A stretch of 64,000 nt of DNA, taken from contig OX638340.1 of assembly GCA_951812955.1 (NCBI GenBank), positions 1,120,001-1,184,000 on the forward strand, given 5' to 3'. How positions within the stretch are numbered: the stretch's first letter is position 1; each line of letters begins with the position of its first letter. Source of the stretch: an uncultured Gemmatimonadota bacterium (GTDB lineage Bacteria > JAAXHH01). Under the pieces are notes generated by a model. That model worked only from the letters and a program-made list of their open reading frames with translations. It did not search any database and was not told the origin of the DNA. Positions 36,488-45,763 of the stretch are shown here, in pieces. The position numbers were made by a program, and so were the translations under genes.

Positions 36488-37591
36488 ATGGGTACCTTTT
36501 GGCTTCAACGGATCACCACTTTGCTACCGGTCCTGCTCCTGTCGGCCATGCCGGCAATCGCACAGGAGAATAAGGGGGACGGCGGGGAGACCGGTGGAGG
36601 CGAAGGCCTGTCGAACCTTGTCGAAATCTCAGGGTTCGTAGACGCCAGTTATACCTACAGTAACCTGGATGATGCAAATACCTTCGGCCTCGATCAGGTG
36701 GAGATCGACCTGTCGAAAAACCTGGGGGGAATCGGGACGCTGAGGGCCGACCTGGAATGGGTGAGCGACGGAGAGGGCGGCTTTACCCTGGACGCGGAGC
36801 AGGGGTACGTGACCCTGGATCTCGGCCTGGGCCGCGGGAAGGGGAACTATCCGACTCTTACTTTCGGCAAATTCAACGCGCCCATCGGGTTCGAACTCCT
36901 TGACGCCCCGGACATGTACCAGTACTCCCACGCGCTGGTCTTCGACATGGGACTTCCGACCAACCTGACCGGCGCCATGCTGTCCATGGACCTGGGCGGC
37001 GGTGTCGACGTGGTGGTCCACTTGTCGAACGGGTGGGACCAGAACGTGGATGGGAATACCGATAAGATGATCGGCGGCAGACTCGGTTATAGCCACGAGG
37101 AGAAGGGCGGTATCGGCTTTTCGGCCATGCGCGGCGACGAGTCGGGCTTCACGGGCAACCTGACGGTTTACGACATCGACCTGACCCTGACGCCGCGCCC
37201 AGACCTGATCATCGGCGGCGAGTACAACAACGGACGTACGGACCTGGACGAGGTCCTCGAACAAGATTCCAGCTGGAACGGCTACATGGTGATGGCCCAC
37301 TTCGATTTCAACGACGTCGTAGGAATTACGGGACGGTACGACTATTTCACCAGAGAGGTCGAGTCCAATTTCCCCAGCCTGCAAACCGGAAGTACCGGAC
37401 CGAAGTTCAATCTGAAAGAAACACGCCAGGCCCTTACCATCGCTCCGACGTTCGCGCTGGCCGACGGCCTGGGCTTCCTGATGGAACTACGGCGGGATTT
37501 CTCGGACGATGAGATCTTCGGGAACCCGGAAACCGGCGATGCGGAGAAGGCGATGGTCAATTTCGCCTTCGAGATGACCTACTCATTCTGA
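36488..37591 (+). CDS. Outer-membrane beta-barrel porin (putative)
   Basis: Signal peptide ending AIAQE, alternating beta-strand pattern, and C-terminal ...FAFEMTYSF (terminal Phe). Confidence 0.6.
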   Translation: MGTFWLQRITTLLPVLLLSAMPAIAQENKGDGGETGGGEGLSNLVEISGFVDASYTYSNLDDANTFGLDQVEIDLSKNLGGIGTLRADLEWVSDGEGGFTLDAEQGYVTLDLGLGRGKGNYPTLTFGKFNAPIGFELLDAPDMYQYSHALVFDMGLPTNLTGAMLSMDLGGGVDVVVHLSNGWDQNVDGNTDKMIGGRLGYSHEEKGGIGFSAMRGDESGFTGNLTVYDIDLTLTPRPDLIIGGEYNNGRTDLDEVLEQDSSWNGYMVMAHFDFNDVVGITGRYDYFTREVESNFPSLQTGSTGPKFNLKETRQALTIAPTFALADGLGFLMELRRDFSDDEIFGNPETGDAEKAMVNFAFEMTYSF

Positions 37592-37630
37592 TTCGTCTAT
37601 GGAATGACCTGCTCGTTCAGTCCAGCGCGG

Positions 37631-37774
37631 GACGCGGTCCGGGCAATTTGGTCTGGCGGGGCCAGTTCAGTACAGATCGGCCGCGGCCGCACCGGCTCGC
37701 AGGACGCGGTCCGGGCAATTTGGTCTGGCGGGGCCAGTTCAGTACAGATCGGCCGCGGCCGCACCGGCTCGCAG
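37631..37774. repeat. Perfect 72-bp tandem duplication (2 copies) spanning the tsaC stop codon
   Basis: 37631-37702 and 37703-37774 are identical by hand comparison. Each holds the last 11 codons plus the stop of the minus-strand gene and 36 nt downstream of it. A degenerate partial copy may lie at about 37611-37630. Confidence 0.9.
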
Positions 37775-38356
37775 GATGTCGGGCTCGTCGCCCGTCAGAT
37801 CGACTACTGTGGACGGCTCCGAAACACCTGCGCCGCCGTCCACGATAACATCCACGGCCTTGCCGTACCGGGACGCTATGGATTCGATGTCGTTTATCGC
37901 GAAACCGTCCGCCGCCGACGCGATGCTGGTACTCAGCACGGGTCGTCCTAGGGCCTGTACGATCTCGAGGCATATGCGGTTGTCCGGCACCCGGATTCCT
38001 ACCGTCCGCCGCTTGCCGATCATGAACTTCGGCACGTCTCGCGAAGCTTCCAGAATGAAGGTATAAGGCCCGGGGAGAAGGCGTTTCATCATGCGGTAGG
38101 CCGCATTGGAAATGTTCTTCGCATACCGGGCGAGATCACTTAAATCCGAACAAACGAAACTGAGCGGCTTCCCGGCGGGAGCCTGCTTGATCTGGTAGAT
38201 CCGGTTGATGGCCTTGCGGTTGAATATATCGCAACCCAGTCCATAGACCGTGTCGGTCGGATAGACGATTACGCCGCCCCGGTGCAGTGCTTCGACGACC
38301 CGGTCGACATGCCGTTTCTGGGGGTGTTCGGGGTGTAGTTGTAGGATATCGGCCAT
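37739..38356 (-). CDS. tsaC: L-threonylcarbamoyladenylate synthase, YrdC/TsaC type
   Basis: GGVIVYPTDTVYGLGCD, KPLSFVCSD and ILRAG-type C-terminus; 205 aa, single YrdC domain. Confidence 0.85.
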   Translation of the reverse strand: MADILQLHPEHPQKRHVDRVVEALHRGGVIVYPTDTVYGLGCDIFNRKAINRIYQIKQAPAGKPLSFVCSDLSDLARYAKNISNAAYRMMKRLLPGPYTFILEASRDVPKFMIGKRRTVGIRVPDNRICLEIVQALGRPVLSTSIASAADGFAINDIESIASRYGKAVDVIVDGGAGVSEPSTVVDLTGDEPDILRAGAAAADLY

Positions 38357-38362
38357 GGCTGC

Positions 38363-39403
38363 TCAGGAAACGTGATTCAGCACTTTCCGGCATACGTCGA
38401 TGGCCCGGTCGATCTGTTCGCCGCTCACGTCCAGATGGGTTACGGCGCGGATGACGCCCGGCTTCATGGCCAGCATCCGGACGCCTTCTTCCGACAGACG
38501 CTCGACGGCCTCGAAGGGATCAAGACCATCCCGCAGGCTGAAGAAGATCATGTTGCTGTGTATCTCGTCTAGGTCGACCTCGACGGTATCAAGATCGGCG
38601 AGCGCTTCCGCCAGCCGATGGGCGTGGGCGTGATCCTCCGCGAGCCGGGAGATATTGTGCTCCATGGCATAGAGACCGGCCGCCGCAAGGACGCCCGCTT
38701 GCCGCAAGCCGCCGCCCAGCATCTTGCGGTAGTACCTGGCCGTGTCTATCGTAGCCCGGTCCCCCGCCAGGACGCTGCCGACCGGGGCGCCCAGGCCCTT
38801 TGAAAGGCATACGGAAACCGTGTCGACGTGCTGGGTATAGGTCTGGGCCGTGAGACCCTTCGCCACGCAGGCGTTGAACAGCCTCGCGCCGTCCATGTGG
38901 ATACACAAGTTGTTTGACCGCGCGCACGCGCTGACCCTGGAAAGGGCATCCACGGGCCAGGGATAACCCGCGGACTTGTTGTGGGTGTTCTCCACGGCGA
39001 CCAGCGCGGTCCTGCCGTAATGCACGTTGTCGCCCCGCTGTATCACTTCCTCCATCTGCGCCGGCGTGAAAACGCCCCGTTCACCCGTCAGCAGCCGGAC
39101 CTGCACCCCTGACAGCGCGCCGAGGGCGCCGGCTTCCGCGTTGAACACGTGGCTGTACTTTTCCGCAATGATGTCATTGCCGTGACGGGTCTGCGACCGG
39201 ACCGCCACCTGGTTGCCCTGCGTTCCGCTGGTAACGAACAGGCCGGCCTCCTTACCGAGCAGGGCGGCCATGGCCTCTTCCAGCCGATTGACCGAGGGAT
39301 CCTCACCGAAACAGTCGTCGCCGACTTCGGCGTTCGCCATGGCGCGACGCATGGATGGAGTCGGCCTGGTCATGGTGTCGCTGCGAAGTTCGACGATCTC
39401 CAT
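38363..39403 (-). CDS. ltaE: Low-specificity L-threonine aldolase
   Basis: LRSDTMTRPTPSMRRAMANAEVGDDCFGEDPSVNRLE start, FVTSGTQGNQ, DGARLFNA, CLSKGLGAPVGS (PLP Lys). Confidence 0.85.
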   Translation of the reverse strand: MEIVELRSDTMTRPTPSMRRAMANAEVGDDCFGEDPSVNRLEEAMAALLGKEAGLFVTSGTQGNQVAVRSQTRHGNDIIAEKYSHVFNAEAGALGALSGVQVRLLTGERGVFTPAQMEEVIQRGDNVHYGRTALVAVENTHNKSAGYPWPVDALSRVSACARSNNLCIHMDGARLFNACVAKGLTAQTYTQHVDTVSVCLSKGLGAPVGSVLAGDRATIDTARYYRKMLGGGLRQAGVLAAAGLYAMEHNISRLAEDHAHAHRLAEALADLDTVEVDLDEIHSNMIFFSLRDGLDPFEAVERLSEEGVRMLAMKPGVIRAVTHLDVSGEQIDRAIDVCRKVLNHVS

Positions 39404-39412
39404 GGAATCTCC

Positions 39413-39853
39413 TCAGTGTCCGTACTTGATTAAGGTCACGCTGGTGCCGTTTTCCGTGATATCGAACTCTACTTCGTCCATGAGGGCCTTGATCATCAGG
39501 ATGCCTCGGCCATTTTCCTTGAGCAGGTTGTCCGGGTTTCGCGGGTCAGGAAGGGTGTCGGGATCGAAACCCCGTCCGCAGTCGCAGATGTGGATCCGGA
39601 ACACCGCCGAACTGCAATTGCAGGTGATAATGACCTGCTTGGACTCGTCGCACTGGTTTCCATGAAGAATCGCGTTCTTTACCGCTTCGTTCACGGCGAT
39701 CATGATGTCGCCGCGCGATCCCTTGTCGAAGCCGGTCCGGACCGTCAGGTCCTCTATGCGGCGATCTACCTCCGCCGTCAGATCGGGATTGCTTGGAATC
39801 GACAGTTCCAGCGTCACGCCGCTTCCAGCCTCGCCGTGCTCACATTCGCCCAT
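39413..39853 (-). CDS. Anti-sigma-factor-type Ser/Thr kinase (HATPase_c_2, RsbW/SpoIIAB-like)
   Basis: AVNEAVKNAILHGN (N-box), CDCGRGFD (G1), ENGRGILMIKALMDEV (G2). Start uncertain (ATG 39853 chosen). No STAS partner nearby. Confidence 0.7.
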   Translation of the reverse strand: MGECEHGEAGSGVTLELSIPSNPDLTAEVDRRIEDLTVRTGFDKGSRGDIMIAVNEAVKNAILHGNQCDESKQVIITCNCSSAVFRIHICDCGRGFDPDTLPDPRNPDNLLKENGRGILMIKALMDEVEFDITENGTSVTLIKYGH

Positions 39854-40009
39854 GTAAGACGCTCCATGTGGCCTGCGCGCGAATAGCCCGCGCCCGGCCT
39901 GAATCTCACCGGGATCATCCCCGTCCCGGAACACGGTATCTGCCTTTCGGACAAAACCAAAGTACCGAGTGGGTGGTGCCGTGTCAAGTTCGGGGAGGCG
40001 GGTTGCGGC

Positions 40010-41815
40010 CTACTGCGGTTTTTTGAATCTGCGATCGATCTCCTCGAGCGGCATGCGTACCACAATGGGCCGTCCGCCGGGCGTCACGTAGGGCATTTCC
40101 GTGGCGAACAGGTCGTTGACGAGCCCGTTCATTTCCTGCTGGGACAGCGCGTCGCCCTTACGGATTCCGGCATGGGAGGAGAAGGTAAGGGCGATTCGTT
40201 CTTCCGCCTTCAGGGCCTTCTCCGGTTGTTCCTGCAGGTTCTCAATCATTCTGTGAAACAGCGTATCCACGCCCTGGTTGCTGGCCATACAGGGTACGGC
40301 GTCGACGACCACGGTCTGCTCGCCGAACAGTTTCAAACTGAATCCCAACTTGCCGAAATGATCGAAGTGTTCCTGGACGAGCGCGATCTGGGGAACCATG
40401 AGATCCAGGGTCACCGGGAACAGCAATTGCTGGGAGGGGGCGGATTCATGGGCCATCGTATTCAGAGCCCGTTCGAACAGCACTCGCTCGTGGGCGGCGT
40501 GCTGGTCGATCAGCATGAATCCGTCTTTAACCTGGGCCAGGATATAGGCGTTGTGCAACTGCCAGAGCGATACCGTTTCGCCATCGTTACTCTCCCTGAC
40601 CGCTCCCTGCCCCTCTTCGTCACGCTCCCCTTGCTCCGCCGCCGCCGGGGTATAGGTCCACTCGCCCGAATGGTTCCCGTCGCGGTTTGTGGCGCCGAAC
40701 AGGTCGATCTGGGTCCTTCGATTCACGGCCGATCCCGGATCCGGCGCGGTCGCGCTACCGGGCGCCGCGGCCGGCGTCATCTCGGAAACGTCCGGCGTAT
40801 CCGTCTCGAAAACAGGAACCACGTCCGAGTTCTGAAGCGCCAGCCGAATGGCCCGCAACAGCCGCTCATATACCCTGGATTCGTCGGAGAACCGGACCTC
40901 GCGCTTCGCGGGATGTACATTGACGTCCACCTGGTCGAGGTCGATGTTCAGGAAAATGATGGATACGGGATACCGGTCCCGGGGAAGGATGGAACCGTAC
41001 CCTTCGTACACGGCGTGGTTCAAGGCGCGACTGGACACCGGCCTGAGGTTGATGAACAGATACTGGTGGGTACGGGAAACCCTGGCGGCGTCCGGTCGAC
41101 TGATGAACCCGTGTATCTTGACGAGTTCGTCTTCGAAAGTGACCGGTATCATCTGGTTCATGAGCGTGTTGCCCATGACGGCCTGCGCGCGGGTATAGGC
41201 GTTGGACACGGCGGGCAGGGAAAGGGTATCCCGTCCGTCTACCGTCAGCGTGAAAGCGATATCGGGATAGGCCATCGCCGTCGTGGATACCACGGAGACA
41301 ATATGGCGCGTCTCCGTAGCCGTCGTCCGCAGGAACTTCCGGCGGACGGGTACGTTGTAGAACAACTGCGACACGGCGACCGTCGTGCCCCGGGCCCGTC
41401 CGGCGTCGGTTACCCGCGGAGGCGCCCCCCCGTCGATGCGAACCCGGGTCCCCGCCGTCTCCTCTTCCGCTCGGGACGTCAGGTCCACCCTGGCCACGGA
41501 GGCGATGCTGGCCAGCGCTTCGCCGCGGAAGCCGAAAGTTCCGATGCGATAAAGATCGTCTTCACTGTCGATTTTGCTGGTCGCATGACGCTCGAAGGCC
41601 AGCACCGCGTCCTCGCGGGACATGCCCCTACCGTTGTCCATTACGCGAATGAGTTGCTTCCCGCCCGACCTGACCTCCACGGAAACACGCTGGCCGTCGG
41701 CGTCGATGGCGTTCTCTAACAGCTCCTTTACGACCGAGGCCGGCCGCTCGATCACCTCGCCCGCGGCGATCATGTTCGCCAGCTTCCCGGGGAGCACCTT
41801 GATTTTATCGGCCAT
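40010..41815 (-). CDS. mutL: DNA mismatch repair protein MutL (endonuclease-type)
   Basis: LANMIAAGEVIERPASVVKELLENAIDA N-terminus, GFRGEAL, and C-terminal DQHAAHERVLFE endonuclease motif. Confidence 0.9.
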   Translation of the reverse strand: MADKIKVLPGKLANMIAAGEVIERPASVVKELLENAIDADGQRVSVEVRSGGKQLIRVMDNGRGMSREDAVLAFERHATSKIDSEDDLYRIGTFGFRGEALASIASVARVDLTSRAEEETAGTRVRIDGGAPPRVTDAGRARGTTVAVSQLFYNVPVRRKFLRTTATETRHIVSVVSTTAMAYPDIAFTLTVDGRDTLSLPAVSNAYTRAQAVMGNTLMNQMIPVTFEDELVKIHGFISRPDAARVSRTHQYLFINLRPVSSRALNHAVYEGYGSILPRDRYPVSIIFLNIDLDQVDVNVHPAKREVRFSDESRVYERLLRAIRLALQNSDVVPVFETDTPDVSEMTPAAAPGSATAPDPGSAVNRRTQIDLFGATNRDGNHSGEWTYTPAAAEQGERDEEGQGAVRESNDGETVSLWQLHNAYILAQVKDGFMLIDQHAAHERVLFERALNTMAHESAPSQQLLFPVTLDLMVPQIALVQEHFDHFGKLGFSLKLFGEQTVVVDAVPCMASNQGVDTLFHRMIENLQEQPEKALKAEERIALTFSSHAGIRKGDALSQQEMNGLVNDLFATEMPYVTPGGRPIVVRMPLEEIDRRFKKPQ

Positions 41816-41837
41816 GTAGCACGCGCGTCCCTGTGGC

Positions 41838-42980
41838 TCAGTTGTCGTGAGTGATCCGGTAAATCATTCCGGCGTAATCGTCTGATACGAGCAGGGATCC
41901 GTCCGGCATGACCTCCACGTCGGCCGGACGCCCGTATACCTCCTCGTCCTCGAGCCAGCCCGCGGCGAAGTCTTCGTACCCCACGGCCTCGTTGCCATCC
42001 AGGCGCACGAGGGTGATCCGGTACCCGATCTTGCTGTCCCGGTTCCAGGATCCGTGCTCTGCAATAAACACCTGGTGTCGATACTCGGACGGGAACATGC
42101 CGCCGGTGTAGAAACGCATACCCACCGCCGCGACGTGCGGGCCGAGTTCCTGCGCGGGCGCCACCATGGAATCAAGTGGACGTTTGCCGCCGAATTCGGG
42201 ATCCGGAACGCCGATGCCGTGGTGATAGGGGAAGCCGAAATGCTGACCTGATTCGGTCACGCGGTTCAACTCGTCCGCCGGAATTTCGTTCCCCATGAGG
42301 TCCCGCCCATTGTCGGTAAACCAGAGTTCGCCGGTCGCCGGATGCCAGTCGAAGCCCACGGTATTTCGCACGCCGCTCACATAGACTTCCAGGTCCGATC
42401 CGTCCGGGTTCATGCGCATGATGGTCGCATAACGCGGATCAGAGCGCTCGCAGACGTTGCACGGTGCGCCCACGGGAACGTACAGCTTGCCGTCGGGGCC
42501 GAAGCGGATGAACTTCCACCCGTGATGACGGTCGGACGGAAAACCCCCGTTGACCACGACGGGTTCCGGTGGATCTTCCAGGCGGTTTTCGATGTCGTCG
42601 TACCTTAGAACCCGGCTGACCTCGGCGACGTAGAGCGCTCCGTCACGGAACGCGACGCCGCTCGGCATCCTGAGCCCGCGGTCCAGGACGATCACCTCGT
42701 CGGCGGCGAAGTCCCCGTCCCGGTCCCGAACGGCGTAGACGTTCCCTGCGCGGCGGGAACCGACGAAGAGGGTGCCGCCGGGTCCCATGGCCATCGCCCG
42801 CGCATTTTGAACGCCCTGGGCGTAAACGGCGATCCTGAAGCCTTCGGGCAACCGGATACGGGACAGGAGCGGATCGGTTTCCGGGTTACCGGCTCCAGGC
42901 GCGGGCGTAGTTCCACACGCGGCGGCCATCAGGAAGACCGGCAGGAAGAGGCATGTTAAACAAAGGCGGATTGGGGTCAT
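41838..42980 (-). CDS. PQQ-dependent sugar (glucose/sorbosone) dehydrogenase family lipoprotein
   Basis: ATG at 42980 gives the lipobox signal ...FLMAAACG. Has HHGWKFIRFGPDGKLYV and NTVGFDWHPATGELWFTDNGRD propeller motifs. Confidence 0.8.
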   Translation of the reverse strand: MTPIRLCLTCLFLPVFLMAAACGTTPAPGAGNPETDPLLSRIRLPEGFRIAVYAQGVQNARAMAMGPGGTLFVGSRRAGNVYAVRDRDGDFAADEVIVLDRGLRMPSGVAFRDGALYVAEVSRVLRYDDIENRLEDPPEPVVVNGGFPSDRHHGWKFIRFGPDGKLYVPVGAPCNVCERSDPRYATIMRMNPDGSDLEVYVSGVRNTVGFDWHPATGELWFTDNGRDLMGNEIPADELNRVTESGQHFGFPYHHGIGVPDPEFGGKRPLDSMVAPAQELGPHVAAVGMRFYTGGMFPSEYRHQVFIAEHGSWNRDSKIGYRITLVRLDGNEAVGYEDFAAGWLEDEEVYGRPADVEVMPDGSLLVSDDYAGMIYRITHDN

Positions 42981-43188
42981 TGAAACGGGTCGGCGGTGAT
43001 CGTTGCAGGCATGTAGTTCGGCCGGAGACGCGGCAGTTTTCGACAGGGTGCTGAATTCAGATTCTGCTCCATCCATGATATAGATTCAAGCCGCACAAAT
43101 CAAGGGCAAACTGATGCTTGCTTTTGTCCGTATCGACCGTTAACGTTTACCACGAGTTCGCCAGAATCCGTCGCATCGAGAACCGGTC

Positions 43189-44526
43189 ATGTCGCGTATC
43201 GAACGTCTGCACACAAATGGTATGGAACCGTATCCCGCCCGGGCCAACAGGTCGCACACGGTGCGGCAGGTCCGGGAATCCGGCGCTGTACTGAGTCAAT
43301 GCGTGATTTCCGGCAGGCTGGTCCAGCTGGATCCGCAGGCCCGGAGCGGCGTGCTGAAAGACTGGACGGGCACGGTCGACCTCGCCCTGGACGAACCGGC
43401 CCTCACCCACGTCCTTCCAGTGCTTTCCAAGGGCGACCTCGTGGAATGTGCAGGTACGTGGAAGAACGGCGTACATACCGTTTCCGCACTGAGGCTCCTG
43501 GCGCCCTGCCTGCGTGAAGCGCCTGAACCGGCAGCGGCCGATGCCGTGCGCATCCGGGAGCGTCTCATGGCCGGAACCCGTTCCTTCTTCGAGTCTCGCG
43601 GTTTTGTCGCCGTAGACACCCCCGCCTTCATGACAGTACCGGACCTGACACCGGCGCTGCGTTCCTTTCGAACGGAATACGTGGACGGCGAAGGCGGAGC
43701 CCGTCCTTTCTATCTGCAGACTTCGCCCGAACATTACATGAAACGCCTACTGGCGGCTGGATGCGAACGGATCTATCAGATTTGCCGGTTTTACCGAAAC
43801 GGGGAACGTTTCGACACCCACCATCCCGAATTCACCGGTTTGGAGTGGTACGAGGCCTATGCAGATTACAATACGGTCATGGACACCACCGAGGACTACG
43901 TGACTTCACTGGCCGAGATGCTCGGTCACTCCGGCAAACTGACCTACCAGGGGACCGAGATCGACCTCCACACCCCCTGGCCGCGATACCGGTTGCGGGA
44001 CATCTTCCTGGACAGGACGGGTATCGATCTGGATGATTGCGATTCGGTGGACGCCTTCGCTTCCATGGCCCGAAGCAGGAAGTTCGAGGTGCGGGGCGAC
44101 GATGACTGGGACGACCTATTCCATCGCGTCTTTCTTTCGGCGGTGGAACCTGCCCTGCCCGCCGGCAGGCCGGTCTTTCTGACGGAATATCCCGCCCGGT
44201 TGCCGTCGCTTGCGCGGTGCGTTCCCGGCAACGCCAGGTACGTGGAACGCTTTGAACTCTACATGGGCGGACTGGAACTGGCCAATGCCTTCACGGAGTT
44301 GAACGATCCGGAGGAACAACGTGCCAGATTCGAGGCTGACCTGGAGATTAAGCGATCCCGGGATGGGCGGGAACGTTACGACGGCAACGTGGACGAGGCG
44401 CTGTTGGCGGCCCTCGAATACGGAATACCCCCGTCGGGCGGTATCGCCTTGGGGTTGGACCGCCTGGCCATGCTTTTTGCCGACGCGCGCACAATCGATC
44501 CCGTGATCATGTTCAGGGATTACTGA
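43189..44526 (+). CDS. Class-II aminoacyl-tRNA-synthetase paralog: EpmA/GenX-like core with a LysRS-like N-terminal OB domain
   Basis: Core TSPEHYMKRLLAAGCERIYQICRFYRNGE...HHPEFTGLEWY and ERFELYMGGLELANAFTELNDPEEQRARF...GIALGLDRL. The N-terminal roughly 120 aa have a PYP motif and an OB-like segment. Confidence 0.7.
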   Translation: MSRIERLHTNGMEPYPARANRSHTVRQVRESGAVLSQCVISGRLVQLDPQARSGVLKDWTGTVDLALDEPALTHVLPVLSKGDLVECAGTWKNGVHTVSALRLLAPCLREAPEPAAADAVRIRERLMAGTRSFFESRGFVAVDTPAFMTVPDLTPALRSFRTEYVDGEGGARPFYLQTSPEHYMKRLLAAGCERIYQICRFYRNGERFDTHHPEFTGLEWYEAYADYNTVMDTTEDYVTSLAEMLGHSGKLTYQGTEIDLHTPWPRYRLRDIFLDRTGIDLDDCDSVDAFASMARSRKFEVRGDDDWDDLFHRVFLSAVEPALPAGRPVFLTEYPARLPSLARCVPGNARYVERFELYMGGLELANAFTELNDPEEQRARFEADLEIKRSRDGRERYDGNVDEALLAALEYGIPPSGGIALGLDRLAMLFADARTIDPVIMFRDY

Positions 44527-44602
44527 CCGACGATTACTGACCGACAATTACTGACCGACTATTACTGGCCGACTATTATCGACCGACGATTATTGATCGA
44601 CT
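44519..44602. repeat. 14-bp tandem repeat, 6 copies, starting on the stop codon of the upstream gene
   Basis: ATTACTGACCGACG / ATTACTGACCGACA / ATTACTGACCGACT / ATTACTGGCCGACT / ATTATCGACCGACG / ATTATTGATCGACT, with divergence increasing 5' to 3'. Confidence 0.9.
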
Positions 44603-44644
44603 TTAGATTGTCCCAAACCCAATTAACGTACAGAGGAGCGTGGC

Positions 44645-45670
44645 ATGAGGGCACTGATGTATCTGGGAACGCGCAAGATGGAAATGCAGGAGGTTGAAGA
44701 ACCCCGGGTTTCGCCTGGTCACGTCGTGCTGAAGGTAGGCGCGGCGAGCATCTGCGGTTCGGACCTGCACGGCTTTCTGGGAAAGAGCGCAAAGCGCGTA
44801 CCGCCCCTGGTGATGGGTCACGAATTCACCGGTGAGGTCGTGGCCCCGGATCGGGGCGCGGAGGGGCTGTCAGTAGGAGACCGGGTCACGATCAACCCGA
44901 TCCTGTCCTGCGGCCGGTGCGAGGAATGCCTTCGGGGACGCACCAGTATCTGTCCCCGCAGAACGGTCATCGGCATCGAGCATCCGGGCGCCTTCGCCGG
45001 CTACGTCTCCGTTCCGGCGGAATCGTGCTTCAAGCTGCCGGACCACGTGGGCGATCTCGAAGGCAGCATGGTCGAATCCCTCTCGAATGCGCTGCACATC
45101 TTCGACCGGAGCCTCCATGGATTCATCCGGAGCGTGGCCGTCATCGGCGCGGGGACACAGGGGCTTCTGGCCCTTCAGGTGGCCCGGCATATCGGGGCGA
45201 CCCGCATCGCGGTGACGGACATGGTGCCTTCCCGCCTGGAGCTGGCCTCCAGGTTGGGCGCTACCCACGTCATCGACGTGCGCGCGGAAGATCCCGTGGA
45301 AGCGGTGATCGAAATGACGGATGGACAAGGGGTGGATCTGTCGGTCGAAGCCGTGGGGCACACCGCGACGCAGGAACAGGCCGTGCGGATGCTGCGGCAG
45401 GGCGGCGAAGCCGTGCTGCTGGGCCTGGGGGCCGAGGCGCCCATGAGCATCGACGGCGTAGCCATGGTCAACCGGGAACTCGTCGTCCGCGGCTCCTACG
45501 CCTACACAAGTCTGGACTTCGCCTATTCACTGGAACTGATTTCCACGGGCAGGATCGACGTTGCGTCCATGGTCGTCGCACGGGACCTGGAGGAGGGGCC
45601 GGGTATTTTCACGAAGCTGGTGGACGACCCGGGGGATTTGATCAAGGTTTCGCTGGTGCCGAATCCCTGA
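44645..45670 (+). CDS. Zinc-dependent medium-chain alcohol/polyol dehydrogenase (threonine/sorbitol dehydrogenase-like)
   Basis: ASICGSDLHGF, GHEFTGEVV, structural-zinc CGRCEECLRGRTSIC, and VIGAGTQG Rossmann motif. Confidence 0.85.
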   Translation: MRALMYLGTRKMEMQEVEEPRVSPGHVVLKVGAASICGSDLHGFLGKSAKRVPPLVMGHEFTGEVVAPDRGAEGLSVGDRVTINPILSCGRCEECLRGRTSICPRRTVIGIEHPGAFAGYVSVPAESCFKLPDHVGDLEGSMVESLSNALHIFDRSLHGFIRSVAVIGAGTQGLLALQVARHIGATRIAVTDMVPSRLELASRLGATHVIDVRAEDPVEAVIEMTDGQGVDLSVEAVGHTATQEQAVRMLRQGGEAVLLGLGAEAPMSIDGVAMVNRELVVRGSYAYTSLDFAYSLELISTGRIDVASMVVARDLEEGPGIFTKLVDDPGDLIKVSLVPNP

Positions 45671-45763
45671 TACAGCCCGAATGCGGGTTGGCAGATCGAA
45701 GCCGATCCATCAACCGCAAGCAGCATGGTTGTCGGGGAAGCGGCCCGGCGGCCCGGTAACGGA

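Noticed and set aside
40172-41719. 515-aa ORF on the plus strand
   Set aside because: Entirely antisense to mutL, which has clear family motifs. The product is Arg/Gly/Pro-rich with no motifs. This is a typical shadow ORF of GC-rich DNA.
44519-44602. Possible CRISPR array (also considered for 26943..27046, 8671..8767 and 37631..37774)
   Set aside because: The repeats are directly contiguous, with no unique spacers between units. The units are only 14-30 bp or a simple 72-bp duplication. No cas genes are in the window.
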